Source of the DNA: Penicillus capitatus | Lineage: Eukaryota > Plantae > Chlorophyta | Length of the DNA: 64,000 nucleotides | Assembly (NCBI GenBank): GCA_965649825.1 | Contig: OZ287698.1 | Coordinates: forward strand, 1-64,000 | Reading direction: 5' to 3' | In this document: piece after piece, positions 34,788-47,388 of the stretch | Layout of the letters: the number at the start of each line of letters is the position of its first letter | Numbering within the stretch: the stretch's first letter is position 1 | Program-made: the position numbers and the translations under genes | Notes under the pieces: generated by a model | What the model saw: only the letters and a program-made list of their open reading frames with translations | Databases searched by the model: none | What the model was told of the DNA's origin: nothing

Positions 34788-37751
34788 TCAACTGGCAACG
34801 ATGCGTCCAGGCGTCGATGATGTGTCCGACGGATCTGGTTCAGCGATTGTGGCTTCGGTCTCCGATGCTTGTTTTTCATCCTCTGGTGTCGGTAACTTCA
34901 TGGACGCATCGAATCCTTGACGGAAGCGATCTACATTCTTGAGTTCTTCCGTTTTGTAAGGTCTGGGACCCAGAACGCGCTCAATGTCTTCTAAACTCAA
35001 AACCTGATGACAGAACAATCGTCACACGTAGACGCCTCAAATCACCCACCACACATTGGTGGTGTGCCACTCACTTCTTTGTCCAATAGTTCTTCTGCCA
35101 TATGGATGATTAAGTCTTTCTTTCCAGTGACGATCTCCTTTGTCCGTGAATAGGCAGCGTCGATGAGTTTTCGCACTTCTTCGTCAATGAGCTTGGCTGT
35201 ATTCTCACTGTATGGCTTATTGAATGCGGTGTCGTCTGGAGGGAAAGAGACGAGACCCACTTTGCCATTCATTCCGTACAGTCCCACTTCGGCATATGCC
35301 ATCTTTGTCACTTTTTCCAAATCATTCTGTGCCCCAGTGGAAATATTGCCCAGCAAGATCTCTTCTGATGCCCGGCCTCCGAGGGCCACACATCTCAAAT
35401 CATGTAGCTGTTCTGAAGTGGCCAGTAGATCCTCATTCGGCAAGTACTGGGCAAATCCGAGAGCAGCTGTTCCTCTGGGGACGATGGACACTTTCATCAA
35501 TGGCTCTGCATACTTCAAGAACCAACTGACAACAGCATGTCCGCTTTCATGATACGCCACGCGTTTTCTCTCTTCCTTCGAAATCACTTTATTCTTTTTC
35601 TCCAATCCACCGATGACGCGATCCACAGCAGCTTCGAATTCGCGCATATCCACATCTGGTCGTCCATGTCGTGCAGCAATCAATGCTGCTTCGTTGCACA
35701 CATTTGCAATATCAGCTCCAGCAAATCCAGGAGTCAGTGCTGCCAGTCTTTCAGAGTAGTACTCCAATGGATTGTGCAGTTTCACCTAGGAAGCCACCGG
35801 CCGACAATCATTTATTGAAATGCAACAGTGAAGGATCATCCGCTCCACCTTGGCCAGATGGACTCTGAAAATCTGCTCCCGTCCTCGAATATCTGGTCGA
35901 TCGATTGTGATTTGTCGATCGAACCGACCCGGACGCATAAGAGCATTGTCCAGAATGTCAGGGCGATTTGTACCGGCCAGCACCACGACTCCTGACGTTG
36001 AACTGAAGCCATCCATCTCAACAAGTAACTGATTCAGTGTGCTCTCTCGTTCATCGTTTGCTCCGGCAAAACCTCCTCGGCCTCTGGATCTCCCAATGGC
36101 ATCGATCTCATCAATGAAGATGATGGACGGACTCTGTGCCCTTGCTTGCGCAAACAAATCACGAACCCTTGCTGGACCAATGCCGACAAACATTTCAATG
36201 AAGTCCGATCCGGAGATGCTGAGGAAAGGGACATTGGCCTCTCCAGCTGTGGCCTTGGCCAGCAGCGTCTTGCCCGTTCCTGGAGGTCCCACCAAGAGAG
36301 CTCCCTTTGGAATGTGAGCGCCGAGCTTCTTGTACATTGATGGGTTCTTCAGAAAATTGACGAATTCTGTCACTTCCACTTTGGCCTCATCGCAGCCCGC
36401 GACATCTTTGAAGGTTATCTTGTCCTTGGCATTCTTGTCTATGACACTCACCTGCAGCACATGACACATTCAGGCACACGAAGCGGTTTACTACCGTCAT
36501 CTACATGTGCTTTGCCGACATTGAAGAAATTTCTCCCTCCTCGAGTTGAGTTTCCACCGAATGTCCCTCCCATAGACTTCCGAGTGAACCACACATACGC
36601 ACCAATCAGCAACAGCGTGGGTGCAAATCTATATCACACAGGCCAGGCATTATGTGACAAGAGGTCTCTCAAACAGGAGAGCACCTTATAAACTCCTGTA
36701 CAATGCTCCACTGTGTGATGTATTTGACAGGAATGAAGTCCTTTGGCTTAATGCCAAGCTGCGATTGGTATTCTTCGAGTTGACGTTCGAAAGAATCGAC
36801 GCTTCCAATATGGAAGAAGAATTTGTAAACAGAAGGCAGCGCTGTCTTCACCTGCGGTGTCTCATCATCGAACAGCACTTCAGCTGCAACAGCGTCAGCA
36901 CAATGTCCATGGAGAAGACGGCAGCTGGAAGGATATGGTGCTTACTCTGCCGGGCGTCATCTTTCTTCAGATTCGATGCTCTTGTGTAGACTTTGACGAG
37001 AGATTTGTTCACCACCTCCACTTTTTCGACAAACTGTTTTGCCAACAGATCTGTCTTGAATGTCTGAAATGAAATCTCTTCGGCATCCGGTCGTGCAAAT
37101 GCTGTCATCAACAATGCAGTGCCAAACACAGTCGCCATCGCTATGCCCTGTAGAGCAGGCTTGATCTGAAACGCGTCCGCATCTTTGCTTTGATCTGAAA
37201 ACAGCAAGACAAACAACAGATGAGAATACAGACAGACAGATAGACAGATAGATCCATACTCTCGCTCTTGTTCGGTCCTTCTGGCCTTTGTGGTTTGCCT
37301 TTTGGGTAGAACTTCTCAAACCCTGTTCACAACACAGCATAAATACAGTCTCGTTCCCTTCATCACGATATGACCCTTCTTCGGTGTTTTCGAACACATG
37401 GATCTGAAAAAATGTTGAATGGAATGATTCTGCTCCTGACATCCAGAAAAGAATGAACAGATTTCACATTTGTGGCGTTGGGCGAACCAATCGAGGGCGT
37501 TTGAATAAAGAGGCGTTCCATGACCACACGTTCGAGTCCCGTACACCACCACGAACAGCACTGGCATCTGCAGGACTTCGCAGAAGGGGTCGCGACGAGT
37601 ATCCACTCCGTTGTGCTCCGAGTTGGCGCTCTTTGAATACAATCCTCGTCGCCTCTCTGGAAAAGCTCCTTTTCGACAACCACCAGGCTTCGTTGTTCTT
37701 GGCACAGAGACGTGCCAATTCCACCAGTACCCTCTTCCTGCTGGACAACAT
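34788..37751 (-). CDS. FtsH-family m-AAA metalloprotease (AFG3/FtsH3/10-like), multi-exon
   Basis: [58 protein letters not shown] (HExxH), [20 protein letters not shown]. Confidence 0.95.
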
Positions 37752-37888
37752 CTTTTGTTTGTCTGGCGAACGATTCGACGCTTCGTGATGTGACGCGTGC
37801 TGCTCGCACATGACATGTCCATGACATCATCGACTGTATCAACCATGTGGTGCAGCAGGTATGGATCTGCCTATAAAGGAATGGCCTA

Positions 37889-38708
37889 TTGAGCGACGTG
37901 TCGATGAGAGTAATGTACTGGGATCGCTCTGTCGGGGTTCCCCTGTCCACACTGTTCGATGAAGCATGCCGTGAGTTGGAGACTCGAAAGCACAACAGTG
38001 GTAGAATATCAGTCACGGAACATGGAGACACCCGATCCGAAGTGAGTGCATCATCACTCGTCGGAGAAGAGCTGGAAACCCATTGCATCATCAAAAAACT
38101 CAAAAAGCGCTCACAGGCGAGACAGATAAAAGACATGGACAGGATGGACGGACTAAGTGTTTATCTGCAGGATACGTCTGTCTCCGTCGGAAAGGGACCA
38201 CTCGTTGTTCACTTTCCAATGATATCTGACAAAACAGTCTTGATTGATGTGTACGTGCATGCTTGAGGAGACTGGATGCCTTGATCTGAAGGAGACATGA
38301 TTTCAGAGACAATGAAGTGGCTGTGCAGTCGGAACAGGATTTAACATCGACATTGACAGATCTAGACTTTCAATCCGTATCTACCATCACCTTTAAGGCA
38401 ATGCTCCCTATCCCATCTCTCCCTTTGTGAGGCCATGGTAGTTTATTTTTGTTCAGGGTTGGTTGGTGGATGCCGCAGATAATCTGAATATAAGAATTGT
38501 GAGATGTTTGACGAATGACGTTGTCCGTGGTGTCGGTGTCGAAGTGATCTTTCATGGATCATCCGATCTCAAAAAGTGTGCAGCTGTCCTCTCTGACGGT
38601 GCCGATCTCGTGCGCCAGTCTTTGACACATCTGCAGTCGGACAAGTACATCGATGCGTTGATCCCCCTCGCATGCACCATGATACCCTTCTTCCTTCTCG
38701 TGACATAG
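37889..38708 (+). CDS. Hypothetical multi-exon protein of unknown function
   Basis: Successive + strand ORFs (125 aa and 81 aa) divergent from FtsH, in a gene-dense context. No motif recognised. Confidence 0.35.
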
Positions 38709-38898
38709 GTTGTTGAGTGTCTCCGTGCCTCTTGCCGAATTCAAGCTCGGACCCAGTTTCTCTCCAAGACATGCAGCTCTGCAGTATGTTCTCCTCTCAC
38801 AGAAGATGATGACGAATGGGAAACAGTGAGACCTCCGTTCCATTCATTACAAAATCCCAATGGGAATCCACTTGGGTTCCGACAGAACGGATATGTGT

Positions 38899-39880
38899 TT
38901 AAGCATACCGCGCAGACACAGCATCCCAATCGATCAGCTTATCCACAAATGTGGTCATGAAGTCGGGGCGTCTGTTTTGATAATCAAGGTAGTAAGCGTG
39001 TTCCCAGACATCCATTGTCAGCAGAGGCTTTCCGACTCCGGCTGAGAGGTGATTCTCGGCATTGGGAGTTTTGACAATGGACAGTTTTCCATTGGCGTCT
39101 GTCACCAGCCATGCCCAACCCGAACCGAACTGGGTGGCGCCTGCTGCTTTGAATTGCGTCTTGAATTTATCAAAGGATCCGAAATCTCTCTCAATGGCCT
39201 GCAGCAGTACTCCACTCGGTTGACCTTTCCATCCAAACACCCCTATCCACAAAACTGTCGAATATCAGAGATGCTACCTCCTCCCCCTGGTTTCATGCAG
39301 TTCCAAAAGAAAGTGTGGTTCCACGTCTGAGCAGCATTATTGAAGACAGGAGTGGGAGATCCATTATTCCACGATACCAGAATGATCTACTTCCAACAAA
39401 GATCTTTGGCAAGAACCGCTGTCAAATCACACATGCCTGTTCTAGATCCATCGTCTCCATGTCCGTTCCAGCTATCTGCTTGTTCAGATTGTCGACATAG
39501 GCTTGGTGGTGCTTTCCCCAATGAAATTCAAACGTTCTCTAGGACGCATGCAATCACCTGTCCTTTTTGTAAAGTCCCGATAAGGAGACTCACTGCTGAC
39601 ATGTCTGGCTCCAATGCATCCTACAATACATATCACATCAGGAAACGATCTGTCGTTTCGATAAGCTGTTGCCATGGGATATGGAGGTGGCTGCAGTTCA
39701 AACGCCGCTCTTGGAGCAACAGATCTCTACGATACGCAGATCCAAGCTCCCCTCGGTTAAACAGGATCCACTAACTCTGGCAAGTCTGGTCTTTCTTTGG
39801 CGCGTTACAGGTCGTCTGTTGACCGGGATACGCGTGCCGCAAAAGGCTTTGGCTGTTATCGGTCTCGTGGCAATCGTCAT
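38899..39880 (-). CDS. FSD1: Plastid iron superoxide dismutase
   Basis: Transit peptide [13 protein letters not shown]. After splicing it reads [66 protein letters not shown]. Confidence 0.95.
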
Positions 39881-39968
39881 TGTCGGCGCTTATGCGCTGC
39901 GAATAATGATCTCCGACGACGAAGATCTTAATGATTGATATTCAGTCCATCTAGAGCGTCTAACGACG

Positions 39969-41641
39969 TTACAGCTCATCCTTATTGTCTATGGGATCCT
40001 CCAATTCCACATCCAAGTACTCATCCTCCTCGTCTGCATTTTTATCGACATCCCCTTTGATGGCCTCTTTCTGGGAAGCGTCTGTCTCGTCGTGCGTCGG
40101 CACAACCAAACGCGGCTCCTCTTCTTCTGCCAGCTGCTCTGATCTTTCTGTTGCAACGTCTTCATTCGACGTATCCGACACATCTTGTTGTTCTTCCAAG
40201 GGATCTGCGATTCTTTCGGTCGACGCTTTTTCGATTTCCTTCTCTGCAGCAGAATGATCCTCCTGGTGATCTTGTTCCTCTTCCGATTCTTGTCGGCTGC
40301 CAATGTCTGGGGAGGACACGTGATCTTCCAGGTGTCCATCTCCGTCATTAGGGAAAGTGGTTTCTTTACCTTCCTCCTCTTTTCTTGCACTGCGATCGAG
40401 TTCTGGAGACTGGGGACGGTGCTGCTGTTCCTCTGAGATTTCTCGTACTGCTTTGATGAGGTCGCCTGCTTCTACCGCATCCAAATCATCGACATCAAAT
40501 GACGGAGGCTTAACAGGACTCTCCGGAAGAATTGGAGGCTGGACGTAATGCTGGTAGTAATCTTTCGCTTTATCAAACGAAGAGCTCATAAATCCATTGA
40601 TCGACGATTTCACAAACTCAGGTGTGAGTCCCAGCATTCTCTTCTGAAGAATAAAAACGACGACAATCAGAAAGAACCCTACTCCACCATACAGAACAAA
40701 CCTGTGTACAGCCATCTTTCGCCCATAGCTTCAATTCAGTCAGATATGTTCAGTTACTTGTCAAGGACATCGTACCACGACATGGTTGACAGCAGTCGCC
40801 TTGAAGATGTGAACAGGCGTTTCTGTGACTGGAGTTCTTCTCTGGTCTTTCCCAATGCACTTGTATTGCTTCCTGTCTACCAAAGCCATTTGACTTATGA
40901 GGCCTGTGGAAACGACATTACCGATCAGCTGGGTGTTGGCATCAGTTGCCCCTATCTGCTCAGACATAAGCTGCTGAGTCCGCCGTAGGGACGCTGTGAT
41001 TCCCTTCGTCGCAGCAACAGCCGTGCGCTCGTCGTTAACTTGAGCTCGTGATGCACCGCTAAACAACCGCTCCTGCATCTGCGGAAAAGGTGGGTGGTCT
41101 GTCATTACATCTAGGAAGCCCATTGGATAAAGGGCTTGCCTGCTTTCTCCGAACAGCTTCTACATTCTTTTTCTTTTCTGCGTTGACACTTTCCCGCTCA
41201 CTCCTCAGCCTTGGCAATCGGGAAACATCCCAGCTCAGCATAGACAGACACCTCAAACGTAATGGCCTCACTTTTCATACTGCAGCTGGTGCTCTTTGAC
41301 GAGCTCTTCAACCTCCAAAGACGCTTCATCCCTACAACATGACCCATCCTTATGAAGGCGTGATGACAGAGCAAAGTGCGTTGAATTGGTAAGGAAGAAC
41401 AGGGACTGAAGATCTCTTACGTATCCTGTTCATCAGCCAACTGTTTAAGATTTTGCTGATACTCTCTCATGCGCTTGCAGATACCATTGTACTTTTTGTT
41501 GAGCTCCGAGGCTTGTGACTCAGTTTCAGGGGCACCAAGCGTCCTTATAGTGGCCGTCACCCCATTGGCCTCCTCGAATAGTCGACGCAATTCATGGTCG
41601 ATGGCAATGACCTGCTCGTCCATCGTTTCGGGATCGCACAC
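39969..41641 (-). CDS. SEC20: SEC20/BNIP1-like ER SNARE with a long acidic C-terminal tail ending in KDEL
   Basis: ITASLRRTQQLMSEQI...RRLLSTMSWYDVLDK, then TM segment FVLYGGVGFFLIVVVFIL, about 220 aa acidic tail and terminal NKDEL-stop. Confidence 0.8.
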
Positions 41642-41724
41642 AGTCGGTCAGATAGATAACTGAGAACGTGTCCCGCTGCCTTGTCAGGTGACACATCAAT
41701 CCCTCATTAACGCGTGGCATAATG

Positions 41725-42667
41725 CTACACCTTTGCCGTATACATTACAAGACAGGCACCAATCAACACATACAGAATCAACGCAATGGGACACACAAAG
41801 AAGCTCGATAGCTGTGCCCTTCTCAGTTGGAGAGACAGATCATTTACCTGAAGATACGCAAGAGGTCATGAATGGAGTGAGGCAGGCAGTTCAGAAAGAC
41901 ACCTCGATGGCAGTGCTGGCAACAGGGGATGAATTGTCTATGAGCACTGTGCTCTTCTCTGTTTTTTCAATTAAAGGCATCTGTGCGTTAATCTTGAGCT
42001 TTGCCTCTTCTTCACTGCACTTGTCTCTTTGCATGAGCCGTTTCATCTAGAGACAGACATGCAAACAGAATGGAGGATGCGCCAGATAGGCACTTGGGTC
42101 TCTTCGTCACACCAAACAACAACAATGGGAAAGAACCATTTGTCTACGCCCGTCTCAAACAGCAGAGGCATGTCAACCACCTGTATCACCACATCCTTCA
42201 CATCGCTTCTGTGAATCCAGTCATTGATGTACAGCACCACTACTGTTTCACATCTCAGCCAGGCGTGGAAGATCTGTTTGGCCAGTTCGATGAATATCGG
42301 GAGATGTGTTGCCTTGTTCAGCTTTTTTCTGGAGGATTCGTCTTCGAAGACGACACGAGACAGCAGAACACGATCAATGTCGCCTATCATGAAGAACAAT
42401 TGCCTTCTGGTAAACACGAGATCGATGGCACCATTCGGCAACAGGACATCTTCTCCAAACGCTTCAACCACGCGTTTGTATCCCCAGCGCCCCTTGTGGA
42501 GACCAATGCTATCTCATATGCAGGAGACAGTAGAATAAGTGTACGCGTCGAACAACTTGTCGTGCGATTCGGTCGCAGTCTATGACGGGGATGCCAGTGA
42601 GCTGGATTAATCCAGACACCATGGTTTTCCCCGTGGCAATGCCTCCTGTCAAACCAACGATGCGCAT
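41725..42667 (-). CDS. Dephospho-CoA kinase (DCAKD-like) with C-terminal hydrophobic anchor
   Basis: [31 protein letters not shown]...[17 protein letters not shown]...EEA...INAQMP. Confidence 0.93.
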
Positions 42668-42928
42668 GTTCGCAGACAAGATGATGTGACGATTCGGGTG
42701 AAAAGAATCATCTGTCCACGAACATCCCACAAGCAGGGATACTCTTAAACTTTTGTTATATCGGAAATGTCTCATCTTTACACGGATCGTCTAAGGAAAT
42801 GAGCTGATGACTGAACAACACGACACTGTTCGGATGTTTGAGTATATTCGCCGGAAGTGGTGTCCGAAATGGTTCTCGTGCTTGTTATACGTGTCGTTGT
42901 GAACACAGATTCTTCCTAACCAGCGAGG

Positions 42929-43610
42929 TCAATCGTTTTTCTTGTCAGCTGTACTCGGTTGTCCAGCAGCAGCATTTGCTTTGAGCTGTTTCTTCAAGTC
43001 ATCATTCTCACTTCTCACTTGCATGTACTGGATGAGTGTGCGATAGTATGCAGACAACATCCTAGAATCAATACTCACACAGTTATCCTGCCTAGTATCC
43101 CGTCTTACCACCACACGAAGAAGCAAAAGAGGGCAATCCAGAAATTCCTTTCCGATCTCCAGATTTTTGATTTCAGTGCCAGAACATCCGCTTCCATGAG
43201 CGGTCTGTCTCGCCCACGCAGCTCAGTCGTTCTGTAAGACTGATCTGCAAGACACAGAGAAGATACTCAACATCGAGTGAGGAATAACGACAATGTCATG
43301 TACCTACGAAAGCCGCGGCTGAAATCATCAACATAACATGAATTGCTTGCAGTCCGCCGGCTGACAGAAAGTCACCATTTTAATCAAGAAGTTGAGTCAT
43401 ACGGCATTACCGAGTGGCAGAAAGATAATGCGCTTCGTTGTTGCCAGCACAGCGCGTCGGAAAGATCTGTCGCAGATTATCAATTGTACACGAGAGAGAC
43501 GTCTCGGCAGGGTAAGACCTTCATCACCTGGGCAGCGGGACTGTCAGGATGACAAGAAGAATGAGAGGAAATGGAGTGCAAACATAGACGAGAAAGGACC
43601 ACCCCGTCAT
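42929..43610 (-). CDS. BAP29/BAP31-like ER membrane protein, multi-exon
   Basis: N-terminal hydrophobic MTGWSFLVYVCTPFPLILLVILTVPLP, then KIWRSERNFWIALFCFFVWW (similar to the RAQRN motif) and a coiled-coil, lysine-containing C-terminus. Confidence 0.65.
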
Positions 43611-43759
43611 CGGAAATCGCCAAAATGTGACAAGAACAGAGCAACGAAACTGGACAGGTGCGCAATAATGACGGCTGCGATGTTTGTCTTAAATTTATGC
43701 ATTGTCGACGACGTCATCAACAACAACCCGTCATTAAGTCAGACAGACGCCCATCGACA

Positions 43760-44286
43760 ATGGTGAAGCTGGTCAGGTGCGTTTGAGCTGCGAACAGCCC
43801 GATTTCGTGCACTCTACTGTCATCTGCACATCTGTCTCTCTTCAGGTTCTTGATGAAGTGCCAGAAAGAGACGGTGACTGTGGAACTCAAAAACGGCACG
43901 GTGATAAAGGGAACGATCACAGGTGTCATCGCAATACCCGTTTGTCAGCAACCATTCCGTGACCATGATGCCTCCAGGCGTCGACATTGCCATGAACATG
44001 CACTTGAAGGCAGTCAAGCTTATCCCCAAAGGAAAGAATCCAGTGAACATGGATCACTTGAGTGTGCGCGGCAACAACATTCGTTATGTCATTCTGCCAG
44101 ACAGTCTGAATCTGGATACCCTGCTCGTCGACATCGATCAACCCAAGATCCGTCCCAAGCGACCAGAGAAGCCAAGTAATGCCTGCTATCATGCACTGCC
44201 CTGCTGTTATCGAGTCATCTCTGTCGTTTTTACTAACAGTGCGAGGAAGGGGACGTGGCAGAGGACGAAGAGGAGGTCGAAGATGA
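43760..44286 (+). CDS. SmD1: Small nuclear ribonucleoprotein Sm D1
   Basis: After splicing: [42 protein letters not shown]...[25 protein letters not shown], with an RG-repeat tail. Confidence 0.96.
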
Positions 44287-44425
44287 GTGTCGTCAGGGTA
44301 CTGTCGTTGTCTTGGATGATTCAATTTTGGATAAGAAACGCAACACATGGGCGAAATTGTTATCATCCATCCCGCCGACTTCGGTCCTTGTTCGCAGTTT
44401 TCGTTCTGTTGGTTGTTCGCGCACC

Positions 44426-46689
44426 ATGACGACGATTCCAGATACGCTTCCGTCAGGAATTCCTGACTTCTCTGAAGCCAAGGACTTTGAAGACGAGGCG
44501 GACGCGAGAGTGTTTAACGAAGAGGACGAGCCGACTTCACCGCACGACACGGACAACCTACCACCAGAATTCCGTGGACTCGAAGAAAGACTTCAAGAAA
44601 TGCGCAGAGCACCCCGCAAACCGACGGCTTCGACGCCGAAAGAGAAAGTTGATGGGGAAGAAGATGAACCACTAAAGGCGTTGTATTTTGTGCGCATACC
44701 GAGAGCGGACACCGATTCGCCAACGTACGACTTGTTGCAGCAAGAATTCGAAGCTCAGTTGGCACAGGTCAAGATCTACGTCGAAGAACGCCGTGTCCAG
44801 ACCGTAAGTTCTCAAGTGGTATTCTTGCGTCGGTTTACGCGATGTTCATCGTTTGCAGATGAAGAAAAACGAGGCTCGAAAGGACACGAACAAGGCGCTG
44901 GCTTGTCTCAAGGAGGCAAACGATCGAGTGAATGAGCAGCGCAGCAAGTTGGATCCTTATCGAAAGCAGAAGGAGAAAGACAGAGAAGCGCGTACCGCAC
45001 TGAAAAATTCCAAGAGAGGATTGGCAGCAACGACGGAGCGTGAATTGGATGATCGGATTCGAAAATTGGAGTTTCAAATGGAGCACGCAACCAATTCACT
45101 ATCGTATACATCTATCTTAAAGGGTGATCTGTATAGACTGTATATGTTTTGGCGCACAGAGAAGAAAAGGAGCTGCACAATGAGATCAAGCGCTTGAAGG
45201 CATCGCGCCCACAAGTCCGCGAGATCGAGAGAAAAGATGCTGAACATGCAGCAACGATGATGAGCAGAGATCTATCTCCATCCAATCGAGAGCATCTGGA
45301 AAAGGAATTGAAAGTAAGAGACGAGATATATCTGTTCAATAGAAATCACTTGTTTGGCAACAGGAGTATCGAGCTGAACAAAGCATGTACGAGAAGATGT
45401 TCAAAGATTTGAGAGCCAACGAAAGAGAGGTGGATGCACAGCTGCAGCAGATTTGCTCACAACTGGATGCCGCTGCGAAGAAGAAGGATGCCATCTATGA
45501 GAAGTTGGCTGCTGCCAGAAACAGACACCGAATGCGCAAGAACGAGTTTCAGAGGAACAGAGCCTTCAGTCGACATGTAAACCATCCACCCATCCTCTTG
45601 CTCACATGACGACTGCTGACGTGTTCGGCATTGGACAGATCAACGAATTGGTGGCCGAGAAGAGAATCGAGGATGCCCAGGCGGAATGCATGGAACAGAC
45701 AGATGCATTGATGGGTATACTCATGTCCAAGGAGGAATATAGAGAGGAGTACTTAGCACTGTGGTCGACAAAACGCAGCAATCCGATGGCTGTTTTTGAA
45801 GATGCTACAGCAGAGAAGAAGAAAAGCACAGCAAAGCCGACAAAGAAGACGTCGAGCTTGCATGCGAATGTGAAGGTCTTGCCAGGCCAATCTCTTCCAG
45901 AAGCTGTTGTCGCCAATGCGCTGAGAGAGGCAAGCAGAGGTGCACAGGGGAAACAGGAGAAGGTGGCGAAAGTGGAAAAGACTGTGATCCCTCCACCTGT
46001 GAACAAGGCTGTCGCCGAAAAACCTGATGACCAAGAGAAACCGACCACGAAGGCGCCGACAGAAATAGAAGCAAAGCCTAAGAAGCTGCCTGCCCATGAC
46101 GGATTTGAGTTACCAGCTGTCATTGCTGACAAGACAAAGGAAGAGACGGCTGCTGTGAAAGAGGTCGGTATCATGCAACGTTGGTTTCGGTTGGATCTAC
46201 AGTTTCTGTGTTTCGAAGGCAGGAGATTCTCATCGCAAAGAAGAGAAAGAGGCACCCCGTTCCGAATCACTCGAAAGACAACGGTTGGAGCGCATCGAAG
46301 CGCAAAAGAAAAAGAAAGCAGAGCAGGCTAGAAAGAAGAAGATAAAGGAAGAAGAGCACAAAGAGGTGCGTCATCATATCTGCATCGACACTCAATGTAT
46401 CTATTCCTCTGCTTTGGTTGGTTAGGTCGAGACGAAACCCAGAGAAACAGTTGTCAAGGCAGTGGTGCCTCCGCAGCCTAAAAAGCAGCAACCTCATTCA
46501 AAGAAGCAAACAAGATCGAGAGGAACCAATGTTCTTGGAGGCAAATCAGGAGCGCCGATGCCTCGACATGGAAAGCGCAAGAACAAGACAGAAGTTGAAA
46601 AAATCATTCATTTCTTGAAGCAATATCCTATCATGGTCGCATCTGTCATTGCTATCCTGTGTATTGCCATTGTCTATGCCTTCATGTGA
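44426..46689 (+). CDS. Proton pump-interactor 1 (PPI1)-like coiled-coil protein with C-terminal TM
   Basis: [24 protein letters not shown]...[17 protein letters not shown], long charged coiled coils, terminal hydrophobic [19 protein letters not shown]. Confidence 0.7.
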
Positions 46690-47388
46690 GGAGTAAATGG
46701 AAGGCGTATGGTCTCGAGCATCCAGTGTGCATTTGCTATTCATTTCTGCTCCGAATCAAGATCAACATAATCTGTTGCGACAAGCCACCACCAATAAATG
46801 CTGTCTCAATCTTCGTGCTGCAGTGATTCTCGTTATCTGTCGAGATCTGTATACAATTTGATTGCTGGTGGAGAACTGAGTTTTATACTCTGTGCACGAC
46901 TGCGTGGTTAACTGGATGCTGCTGCTCTGTTTGCTTGTTAGGAAACTCCGATTCTGATGTTGTTGTTGTTGTCGTCGATGTAACACCATTTCTTAAGTTG
47001 TGTCCATCATTAACGAGATCTTTGTCCATAACATAGCTGCAATGTCCACTGAAGAAGTGAGTGACCTCGAAATGATATGTTGTAATACGCGTTCAGGCAT
47101 TCTGTATTACACTCGAAACACCAGGTCCAGAAAGAATGCACTGAATGAACTAACCCTTAGAGTGTGCAGAAGGAAGAAAAACCGAACTATGGATAGAGAG
47201 TGAAAAGTGATTCCAAAGAATAGACATTACGCATAGTTCAAGTCTTGGACAGACGGTCTGATAGCAGAGATTCACAGAAGATCAATTGGTGGCTTCATCG
47301 ACTCGAGCTACTCGATTGGAGCTAGAAGAGAGAGGGGGACATCTCACGCAAATAGTTGCCAGACGAACGAATCGAGAACAAGCGGAAA

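Noticed and set aside
39669-39938. 89-aa + strand ORF with a hydrophobic segment
   Set aside because: It lies antisense to the FeSOD transit-peptide exons and is best explained as a shadow ORF.
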